IMG/VR virus record: IMGVR_UViG_3300045988_086513
Coordinates: 1 to 45,427 of that record
Source: a virus
Direction: 5' to 3' (one strand)
Length of the DNA: 45,427 nt
Shown here one piece after another: positions 8,944-16,380 of this stretch. Every line of letters starts with the position of its first letter. Position 1 is the first letter of the stretch. The notes under the pieces were generated by a model. It saw only the letters and a list, made by a program, of their open reading frames with translations, did not search any database and had not been told where the DNA came from. The position numbers and the translations under genes are program-made.

Positions 8944-10665
8944 ATGGGAAAAGTATTCAAAGATAAACAGGGGAACGTCATTACAAAACTGCTTCAATTT
9001 GTGGCAACCGATGCGCAGGTCAACCAAGCTATCACGGATTACCTTGATAAAAACGGGATTACTCTGGCTGAGGGCGTGGACTTGAAAAGAATGTCTTCTG
9101 ACCTTAGTAAAACCTTGTCAGATGTGGATGGTATCAAAGAAGCTATGTCAGATCTTCAGCAGGCACAGACAAACGTTCTGTTGCAATACAAGGATCACTT
9201 CATAGATACGTTTGAGGCGGGTTATATTGATGACAAGACGGGAACTGATACAGAGGTAGCAGGCTATATCCGCAGTGTTGGGCTTCAAAAAATCCAGACA
9301 CAGAACTCTGTCTTAATCGTGAACGCGCCAACAGGATACCAGTATGCTTGGTATTTCTATGACGAGAACCAGAAGTATCAGGGTGCTACTCAGTGGATGA
9401 CTAAAACAGATGCGTATAGAATTACAGATTCACAGGTCGGATGGTATGTAAGATGCGTCATGTACAGCAGTGGGACGTTGAGTATAGACGCTATTGATAT
9501 TATTCTGGCAGGATCAGCAGTCACGGATATTCTGGATCAGCTCATGGAACAGCAGGGATCCTCTGAATTACTGGGAGAGGAAGTACTGTCGTCAGCGGAT
9601 AAGTTGGAACTGAATGTCACAAAAGCATCCTTGCAGTCCGTGTGTGATGTGAACTGCATTGTCATTCCGTTTCTGACAGATCTGCATATAACATGCACAG
9701 CGGGGAAGACACCAGAGGAATTGGCAGAAGGAGCAACTAAGATTCGAAGACATATTGCCTGTTATAATCTGCTTGCAAAGGAGTTCGACTTCGATCTATG
9801 CGCCTATGGCGGTGACTACCTCAACAATTCATCCCAGACCAACAAAGAAACCGCTCTCAATGCACATAAGGCAGTCAGGCTCCTGTTGGACAAAACTGAT
9901 AAGTCAGTGCCGGCAATCGTAGGCAAAGGGAATCATGATGATAATACCATGTATACGGACTATAAGAATGGTTATGTGGATTCTCAGAACCTGTACAAGC
10001 TGGTTACTGGAAAAGATTCGAGAAAGTCAAAGAGGGACGCAGAATTCCTTGAGCGATCATATGGTTATTATGACATACCCAATAAAAAAGTCCGGGTGTT
10101 CATGCTTAACAGTGACGATGTTCCAACTTCGGTGACATCAGATAACAAGCTCCTGTACGGCGGGCAAAACAACTCAGGATTCAGCCAGGAACAGATTCGG
10201 TTTGTAGCAGATCATCTTCTTTTTGATGAAAGCGGCTGGCAGGTAATATTTTTCAGTCATCATCCTTTGAAAACATTCGTGAATGGAGACGCAGAAGCAT
10301 CTGGCTATTCATGTAGCGGCGTGACTGCAACGCACGGTGGTCAGGCAATGCTTGACCTGATTACCGCTTTCAAAAATAAGGAGCAGGGAGCTGTAAAAAA
10401 TGTGGCGGCAGATTTTGAGGTATCTGTGGATTATGATTTTACTCAGAATAAATCGAACACAGTGATTGCCAGCATATGCGGGCATACTCATGTGTACTGT
10501 CATAAGCAGGAAGATGGCATACATTACATTGCAACCAGAGCGGTTCTGGGGCATCCGACTTATAACTATATCTCTACCAGTTGTTATATAGTCATCAACC
10601 GCAAATACAGGAAATTACATCTGATAGCCAATGGTGATGGGGACGATTATACATATTCTTATTAA
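8944..10665 (+). CDS. Calcineurin-like metallophosphoesterase with a long N-terminal extension (573 aa)
   Basis: Metallophosphoesterase motifs appear in order: LTDLH, GGDYLNN, GKGNHDDN, FSHHPL and GHTHV. The RBS is GAGGAGAG. Confidence 0.7.
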   Translation: MGKVFKDKQGNVITKLLQFVATDAQVNQAITDYLDKNGITLAEGVDLKRMSSDLSKTLSDVDGIKEAMSDLQQAQTNVLLQYKDHFIDTFEAGYIDDKTGTDTEVAGYIRSVGLQKIQTQNSVLIVNAPTGYQYAWYFYDENQKYQGATQWMTKTDAYRITDSQVGWYVRCVMYSSGTLSIDAIDIILAGSAVTDILDQLMEQQGSSELLGEEVLSSADKLELNVTKASLQSVCDVNCIVIPFLTDLHITCTAGKTPEELAEGATKIRRHIACYNLLAKEFDFDLCAYGGDYLNNSSQTNKETALNAHKAVRLLLDKTDKSVPAIVGKGNHDDNTMYTDYKNGYVDSQNLYKLVTGKDSRKSKRDAEFLERSYGYYDIPNKKVRVFMLNSDDVPTSVTSDNKLLYGGQNNSGFSQEQIRFVADHLLFDESGWQVIFFSHHPLKTFVNGDAEASGYSCSGVTATHGGQAMLDLITAFKNKEQGAVKNVAADFEVSVDYDFTQNKSNTVIASICGHTHVYCHKQEDGIHYIATRAVLGHPTYNYISTSCYIVINRKYRKLHLIANGDGDDYTYSY

Positions 10666-10683
10666 CCGAAAAGGAGTTAAGTT

Positions 10684-10761
10684 ATGGCAAATAAACCAAT
10701 TACACGAGAAGAAAAGTATCGCGCATATCTGACAGGAGTATCAGATGACCAGGATAAATAG
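10684..10761 (+). CDS. Possible micro-ORF (25 aa)
   Basis: Strong AAAGGAG RBS, but the ORF is very short and overlaps the next gene by 17 nt. Confidence 0.2.
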   Translation: MANKPITREEKYRAYLTGVSDDQDK

Positions 10762-11179
10762 CCATGTCGGCGGTGTACATATTAAATTTGACACAAAGCG
10801 AATCGATGGGAATTTGAAAGAAGCTCAGAAAAAACTGAATATGCAGATTGTTGCAGACTGCGAGCCTTATGTACCATTCCGACAGGGAGCGTTGAGAAGT
10901 AGCGTCCGGTTTCCACAAGGCATAGATGGTGGCGAAATCCAATACAATACGCCGTACGCACACTATCTTTACATCGGAGAGATTTATGGTCCGAACATCC
11001 CCATCAAGGATGCACAGGGTAATATTATTGGCTGGCAATCTCCGCCTAAGAAATCACCGACCGGAAGACGATTGCAATATCATGCTCCAGGAACCACCGA
11101 TCATTGGTTTGAAGAGGCAAAGCGGAACCACTTACGAGATTGGGTACAGCTGGTAAAAAGAACGGTAGGTGAGGAATAA
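10745..11179 (+). CDS. Putative minor capsid or head-tail structural protein (144 aa)
   Basis: CEPYVPFRQGALRSS...NTPYAHYLY...HWFEEAK resembles small minor-capsid or gp10-like proteins. Confidence 0.5.
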   Translation: MTRINSHVGGVHIKFDTKRIDGNLKEAQKKLNMQIVADCEPYVPFRQGALRSSVRFPQGIDGGEIQYNTPYAHYLYIGEIYGPNIPIKDAQGNIIGWQSPPKKSPTGRRLQYHAPGTTDHWFEEAKRNHLRDWVQLVKRTVGEE

Positions 11180-12417
11180 TGTTGCCACCAGAATATTTTC
11201 ATGGAAAAGAAAGAAGGATCTTGTCGCTCTATCAGGAATTGGAAGATTTTATAATGACGGATATATCCAGACGCATTCTCCAGACAGGCGGTATGACGGC
11301 AACAGCTGATCGGCTCATCTGGAGATTAACCCAGATGGGAGAGAGCCGGGCGGCAATCGAGCAGAAACTGCAGAGCCTTACCAAACTGTCACAACAAGAG
11401 CTGAGAAAGATCTTGCAGAATGCTGTGCTGACATCGTGGGACAACGACAAGGATATACTGCTTGGAATCAACGAGAATATCAGTCCGCCATTGGAAAATC
11501 CAGAAGTCATTGCGGTGATGGATGCGGAATTTAAGAAAACGCTTGGAGAACTGGCAAATCTGACAAGAACAACGTTGGATCAGTCGCAGAAAGATCTCAT
11601 CAGTCTGCTTGACGAGGTGGATATACGGATTACATCCGGAATGCAGTCTTATAGCGCTGCTGTAAGTGATGTTCTGGATAATTATGCCGGTAAGGGACTT
11701 ATGGTAGATTACCCAACCGGTGCAAGACGGACACTGGAATCGGCTGTGAGGTGTTGCGTGGTGACGAGTATGAACCAGACAGCGGCACAAGTGACGAATC
11801 AGTACATCACACAGGCTCAGACCAATTATGCCCTTATATCGGCACATCTGGGCGCGAGAACCGGGAAAGATGAACATTCCAACCATGCAGGTTGGCAGGG
11901 CAAAGCGTATCGTTTAAGGGGAGCAGAGCCGGGCTATCCGAACTTGGCAGAACATACAGGTTATGACATTGACCCGGCAACAGGGCAGGGGACTGTTCTG
12001 AATCCGACCGGTCTTCACGGGTGGAATTGTCGTCATAGTCACCAACCATGGGCGAAAGGTTTACGGAATCCGTGGGAAGATGAACACAAGGTTGATTCTG
12101 AGGAGAATAAGAAAGTTTATGAGAATACTCAGAAGCAGAGAGCGATGGAACGAGCCATCAGGAAGACCAAGCGGCGGCTGATTGAGAAGCAGCAGATCCT
12201 GAACTCTGACAATATCCCTGGTGAGGTCAAGAAAGATATCCGGGCAGAATATGACCGTTTGGCGTATCGACTGACTGAACAGAACGGGGCTTATAATTCT
12301 TTCTGTAAGGATAACAACCTCACTGCACAGTATGATCGCAACAAAGTAGCTGATTTCGGCTACAGTCAGCAGTCAAAAGCAAATGCCGGAGCAAAACGGT
12401 ATATGAAAGGACATTAA
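11179..12417 (+). CDS. Minor capsid (head morphogenesis) protein, SPP1 gp7 / Mu F-like
   Basis: The N-terminus is like phage minor capsid protein 2. The C-terminus has the GWNCRHS motif. Confidence 0.7.
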   Translation: MLPPEYFHGKERRILSLYQELEDFIMTDISRRILQTGGMTATADRLIWRLTQMGESRAAIEQKLQSLTKLSQQELRKILQNAVLTSWDNDKDILLGINENISPPLENPEVIAVMDAEFKKTLGELANLTRTTLDQSQKDLISLLDEVDIRITSGMQSYSAAVSDVLDNYAGKGLMVDYPTGARRTLESAVRCCVVTSMNQTAAQVTNQYITQAQTNYALISAHLGARTGKDEHSNHAGWQGKAYRLRGAEPGYPNLAEHTGYDIDPATGQGTVLNPTGLHGWNCRHSHQPWAKGLRNPWEDEHKVDSEENKKVYENTQKQRAMERAIRKTKRRLIEKQQILNSDNIPGEVKKDIRAEYDRLAYRLTEQNGAYNSFCKDNNLTAQYDRNKVADFGYSQQSKANAGAKRYMKGH

Positions 12418-12420
12418 CCA

Positions 12421-12726
12421 ATGAATGCAGCAGAATTTATTCAATTTTTTCTTACTATCTGTGGTGGTATCTCCATCGTAGGTGGTGCGGCGGCAGTGAT
12501 CGTGAAATGGATCGCCCCGGCGTTCCGGCTTAATCGGCGAGTGGAAGTACTGGAAGACCACGACCGCCGTGATTTTGAAACGCTCAAGAGGATTGCCGAC
12601 CGGGATTCCCTGATCCTTGAGGTCTTGTCAACGATGCTGGACAGCCAGATCTCCGGGAACAATGTCGAGGAATTAAAAAAAACAAAGCAGAAACTCACGG
12701 AGTATCTGACAGCGAATCAGCGTTGA
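12421..12726 (+). CDS. Membrane-anchored coiled-coil protein (101 aa)
   Basis: N-terminal TM segment FIQFFLTICGGISIVGGAAAVIV followed by a charged helical tail. Confidence 0.5.
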   Translation: MNAAEFIQFFLTICGGISIVGGAAAVIVKWIAPAFRLNRRVEVLEDHDRRDFETLKRIADRDSLILEVLSTMLDSQISGNNVEELKKTKQKLTEYLTANQR

Positions 12727-13103
12727 GGTAGGGGAAAACATGTCACCTCATTTTTGCTTGCTTTCTGATAGAATAAGATTGCAGGTGAGGTGTAACCCGC
12801 AAGGGTTGTCTATAGTCATTTTATTTCCTCCTTTCTTATGGGTACGTGTCCTTAATAGAAACAGATATGGTGCAATCTGGAGGTTCAAAAGCGGATGCAA
12901 TTTCCGGCACGTATCATCGCCGTTCACACGCAGGCGGCGAGATCTCCTTTATCTTTATAGGTTTGTATGAAAACTAAATAGTGGAACTCAACCCAGTACA
13001 GAGGCAGCACTGACCGTTACAGGCGGCATTGACGTTAGTCCAAAACGACACGTGGCAGGCATGACACGTAAAACACCTTGCTAACCCGGGAATCCGGGTT
13101 CTG

Positions 13104-13175
13104 CGGAATGTGCAAGTAACTGGGAACGGCCTGGTCGTAGACTAGGTCTTGATGGTTCGAATCCATCCATTCCGC
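13104..13175 (+). tRNA. tRNA-like element (canonical acceptor and T arm, non-canonical D and anticodon arms)
   Basis: Acceptor CGGAATG/CATTCCG and T arm GATGG-TTCGAAT-CCATC. There is no pairable D stem. The loop is TCGTAGA and lacks U33. If read as an anticodon it would be GTA. Confidence 0.4.
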
Positions 13176-13334
13176 TTGTTTGGAGACTGAAAGTTTGGTG
13201 GCAGGAAAAGCGCAGGGCAGTACGTAGGAATGTATAACCGAGTTCCGAATACGTGCTGTTTATCGGTGATATAGTGACTTCCTCTAGTAGTCAATAAGTG
13301 AACGTGCTGAAATGGTTCTTCCAAACATGTACAT

Positions 13335-13406
13335 CGCAGGATAGAGAAACGGAATCTCGCAAGGTTCATACCCTTGAGACTGGCGGTTCGAATCCGTCTC
13401 CTGCAA
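13335..13406 (+). tRNA. tRNA-Met (CAT) with initiator-like features
   Basis: A full cloverleaf folds by hand: D stem GAGA/TCTC, anticodon arm CAAGG-TTCATAC-CCTTG, T arm GGCGG-TTCGAAT-CCGTC. It has a C1-A72 mismatch and A11:U24. Confidence 0.8.
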
Positions 13407-13530
13407 TTTATCTGCTCAAAGCTATGCTGTTTGTTCACAGGCGGTCTATGACTTGGGTGGATTGCCCTCCCATGGGGGAATGGTTATTGCTTATCCTGAT
13501 GACTGCTGTGCGGTCCGAAAAGCATAATAA

Positions 13531-13614
13531 TGTGGCTTCGCCAAGTGGTAAGGCACCGGGCTTTGATCCCGGGAGAGGAACACTCATTCATTGGTTCGAA
13601 TCCAATAGCCACAG
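13531..13614 (+). tRNA. tRNA-Gln (TTG) with a 17-nt variable region
   Basis: Acceptor TGTGGCT/AGCCACA, D arm GCCAAGTGGTAAGGC, anticodon arm CCGGG-CTTTGAT-CCCGG and T arm ATTGG-TTCGAAT-CCAAT. There are 17 nt between the anticodon and T stems. Confidence 0.7.
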
Positions 13615-13690
13615 CTACCCCGCCGGAGGTTTACCCGGCTTAATCCATTACCGCTGACGGGCGGTTAATAATCACGTTTAGGAGGATGTT

Positions 13691-14359
13691 ATGCAGAATT
13701 ATGAACAGATTTTACAGGAACTCGGTATTGCGGTTCCAGAGGACAAGAAAAGTGATCTGAAAAAGAAAATGGACGAAAATTACCGTACAAAATCAGATTA
13801 CGACAAAGTTGTCCAGAAAAGAGATGAGTATAAGACTTCTCTCGATGATGTCCAGACTAAACTGGATGGATTCAAAGATGTTGATGTGGATGATCTGAAA
13901 GCCCAGATCGCAACGCTTACCACTCAGCTTAATGACGAGAAAACAGCACGCGCGGCTGATGCCCGGAAAGTTGAGCTTGAGAAAACAGTGAATGAATTCC
14001 TTGCGTCTACAGACGATAAAGGAGAAAAACTGTATGAATTTCTCAATGATATCACTGAGAATCATTACCGGGAAGAACTGACAAAAGCATTGGATTCTGA
14101 TTCTGCAAAGGGAAAATCCATTGCGGATATTTTCAAAGGTATGATTGTTGACAAAGATGGGAAAACAAAAGCAGGAATTTTTGTTGACAAGAAGCAGACA
14201 CAGGCACAGCAGAATGCAGCCAGATTTACAACCTCTATCCAGAAAGGCAGTGGAACCGGCGGCACTCTCACAAAAGAGGACTTCAAGAAGATGAATCTGG
14301 ACGAACGTCTGAAGCTCAAACAGTCAGACCCGGATCTCTTCACGGCACTTAGTAAATAA
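13691..14359 (+). CDS. Capsid scaffolding protein (GP20-type)
   Basis: A charged coiled-coil protein of 222 aa lying directly upstream of the major capsid gene. The RBS is AGGAGG. Confidence 0.75.
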   Translation: MQNYEQILQELGIAVPEDKKSDLKKKMDENYRTKSDYDKVVQKRDEYKTSLDDVQTKLDGFKDVDVDDLKAQIATLTTQLNDEKTARAADARKVELEKTVNEFLASTDDKGEKLYEFLNDITENHYREELTKALDSDSAKGKSIADIFKGMIVDKDGKTKAGIFVDKKQTQAQQNAARFTTSIQKGSGTGGTLTKEDFKKMNLDERLKLKQSDPDLFTALSK

Positions 14360-14363
14360 TCAG

Positions 14364-14399
14364 TAACCGGCTATGCATTTGGAACATAGCTGCTGACCT
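14364..14399 (+). promoter_or_regulatory. Conserved hairpin motif upstream of the major capsid gene (copy 1 of 2)
   Basis: TAACCGGCTATG-loop-CATAGCTGCTGACCT with an 8-bp stem (14368-75/14385-92). The same motif occurs at 19563-19596. Confidence 0.5.
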
Positions 14400-14475
14400 G
14401 AACCCAAACAATTACAGGTAGATGGGACTTTTTTCATTTCTGAATTAGTCCTGCTCTACGGAAAGGACTATATCT

Positions 14476-15498
14476 ATGGCAAGAACTGGAGCATTTGGCG
14501 GTTTTTCCTTTGATCCGGAAGTATTCTCCGGTTACATGGCAGAGCAGCCAACATGGAACGATGCAATTATCAATTCTGGCATTCTCGTCCAGGATTCCAC
14601 AATTATGGACTTGATCGGAGAAAAAGGTAATGTATGTACAATGCCTTTTTACGTTCCGATTGACGAAAACGATGATCCGGCACTCAATAACGATGGTGAA
14701 ACCAACAATACACCGTCTGAGATTTCCGGAAAGAAACAGACAGCCATGCTTATCCAGCGTATGAAAGCATGGAGAGCACAGGACTTCACAAAGGAACTTA
14801 CCGGAGCGGATCCGATGACCCACGTTGCAAACTCTGTGGCAGGATATTACAGGCAGGTGCGTGTTCGCGATCTTATGGCTATCGTAGATGCGGTGCTGTC
14901 TCTGAAAGGCATGGAAAATCATATCACTGACCTGTCCGAACAGACTGGAACAGGAGCTGTAACCGACGCGAACAAAGTGGATGAAACCACACTTATTTTC
15001 GCACAGCAGAAAGCACTTGGAGATTCCTCTGAAAAGATGGGACTTCTGTTCCTGCATTCTTACATGTATGCGAAATACAAAGCACTTGGTCTGGTAGACT
15101 ACAACAAGTATACCGTAACCAACGCACTTGCGGGAGACGTGAATCTTCCATCTATCGGAGGCTTTATTCCGGTTGTATCTGACAGATTTACCGCGGACAC
15201 AAGCAAACAGAACGTAGTGTACAAGACGTACATGATCGGAGCAGGTTCTATCCTGACTTGCGACAAAACCAACTATGAGGATCCGTACTATGCAGATTAC
15301 GATCCGGAGACAAAAGCCGGTATCAGAAAGCTGTACACCAAGCAGGGCTATGTCCTCCATCCGAACGGCTTTTCTATTGATGCGAATAAGATCGCAAAAG
15401 AATCTCCGACCAACGCAGAGCTTGGAAACAAGGCGAACTGGTCTCTGACTTACAACCAGAAGAATATCCGTATGGGTATGATTAAATCCAACGGTTGA
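14476..15498 (+). CDS. Major capsid protein
   Basis: 340 aa, positioned after the scaffold gene. The N-terminus MARTGAFGGFSFDPEVFSGYM is typical of SPP1-like capsid proteins. Confidence 0.8.
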   Translation: MARTGAFGGFSFDPEVFSGYMAEQPTWNDAIINSGILVQDSTIMDLIGEKGNVCTMPFYVPIDENDDPALNNDGETNNTPSEISGKKQTAMLIQRMKAWRAQDFTKELTGADPMTHVANSVAGYYRQVRVRDLMAIVDAVLSLKGMENHITDLSEQTGTGAVTDANKVDETTLIFAQQKALGDSSEKMGLLFLHSYMYAKYKALGLVDYNKYTVTNALAGDVNLPSIGGFIPVVSDRFTADTSKQNVVYKTYMIGAGSILTCDKTNYEDPYYADYDPETKAGIRKLYTKQGYVLHPNGFSIDANKIAKESPTNAELGNKANWSLTYNQKNIRMGMIKSNG

Positions 15499-15516
15499 TT
15501 AAAGGAGTTATCTGGC

Positions 15517-16014
15517 ATGGCTTATGCAGATTATGATTTTTACACAACATATTTCGGCTCAGTTGTGCCAGAAAAGGACTTCCCAAGACTGGCAGAGAGA
15601 GCCAGTGATTTCATTGACACAATGACGTTTGACAGTCTGCTGTATGGAATGCCGAGTGACGCACGATCACAGAAACGTATCAAAAAGGCGGTCTGTTCGT
15701 TGACAGAGATAATATATCAGATCGAGCTTGCTGAAAAGAATGCAGTCAGTCAAGCGTCTGCAAGTGCGACCGACATTTGTGTCGGCGGCAAATCAACAGG
15801 CGTTGTAACTTCTGTAAGTTCCGGCAGCGAATCCATCTCTTACGCAACGCCTCAGCAGATTGGGGCAAGTGCAAAAGAGTGGAGCGCGGTATATGCCGCC
15901 GCCGGAGATGCAAAGAAAACAAATGACTTACTCTTAAAGACTGCTTTGCCGCTGTTAATGGGAGTAAGAACGGACGAAGGGATACCGATTTTATATGCAG
16001 GATTTCAAGGTTAA
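15517..16014 (+). CDS. Putative head-tail adaptor/connector protein
   Basis: AYADYDFYTTYFG...FPRLAERASDFID is typical of gp6/gp15-like connector proteins. It lies after the capsid gene. Confidence 0.5.
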   Translation: MAYADYDFYTTYFGSVVPEKDFPRLAERASDFIDTMTFDSLLYGMPSDARSQKRIKKAVCSLTEIIYQIELAEKNAVSQASASATDICVGGKSTGVVTSVSSGSESISYATPQQIGASAKEWSAVYAAAGDAKKTNDLLLKTALPLLMGVRTDEGIPILYAGFQG

Positions 16015-16348
16015 TATCTTAGGCTCTGAATGGAGCGTGAAGTTCGGAAACGAGGAAGAATATCCGAATCTGACAAATGTAGATGGCTATACTGATTTAT
16101 CAACACGGGAAATTGTGGTTGATGATATGGAGGCATCACAGGGACAGATTGGAGCAAAAGCAGACCTTGAAAGCTATCAGAAACAGGTTGTTAGACACGA
16201 AATCATTCATGCATTTCTGCTTGAATCTGGACTTGATTCCAATTCGAACAGTGCTGACAGTTGGGCTGTGAACGAAGAAATGGTTGACTGGTTTGCTATT
16301 CAGTCACCAAAAATTTTTAAAGTATTCAATGAACTTAAATTGATGTGA
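15995..16348 (+). CDS. Small HExxH metallopeptidase-like protein (117 aa)
   Basis: VVRHEIIHAFLLESG carries the HExxH motif, preceded by YTDLSTREIVV. Confidence 0.6.
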   Translation: MQDFKVNILGSEWSVKFGNEEEYPNLTNVDGYTDLSTREIVVDDMEASQGQIGAKADLESYQKQVVRHEIIHAFLLESGLDSNSNSADSWAVNEEMVDWFAIQSPKIFKVFNELKLM

Positions 16349-16380
16349 ATACCAGTTTTGTATACAGGAGTGTAATTGAT

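Larger units (their letters stand above)
12727..13690 (+). ncRNA. ORF-free structured RNA island containing tRNA genes (candidate large ncRNA or tRNA precursor)
   Basis: A 964-nt gap in an otherwise tightly packed operon. It holds a GNRA hairpin at 12794-12807, a long-range helix at 12841-48/12908-15, a hairpin at 12918-39, a hairpin at 13084-99 and a 13-bp bulged hairpin at 13218-58. Confidence 0.4.

Noticed and set aside
12740-13657. Three track ORFs (12740-12970 +, 13142-13438 -, 13298-13657 +) in the intergenic island
   Set aside because: They overlap hand-folded tRNAs and stable RNA helices, lack convincing RBSs and translate to Arg/Cys/Leu-rich nonsense. The region was treated as non-coding.
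14434-15360. 308-aa minus-strand ORF
   Set aside because: It lies entirely antisense to the major capsid gene, which has a clear family-like sequence and context. It is a Cys/Arg-rich shadow ORF.
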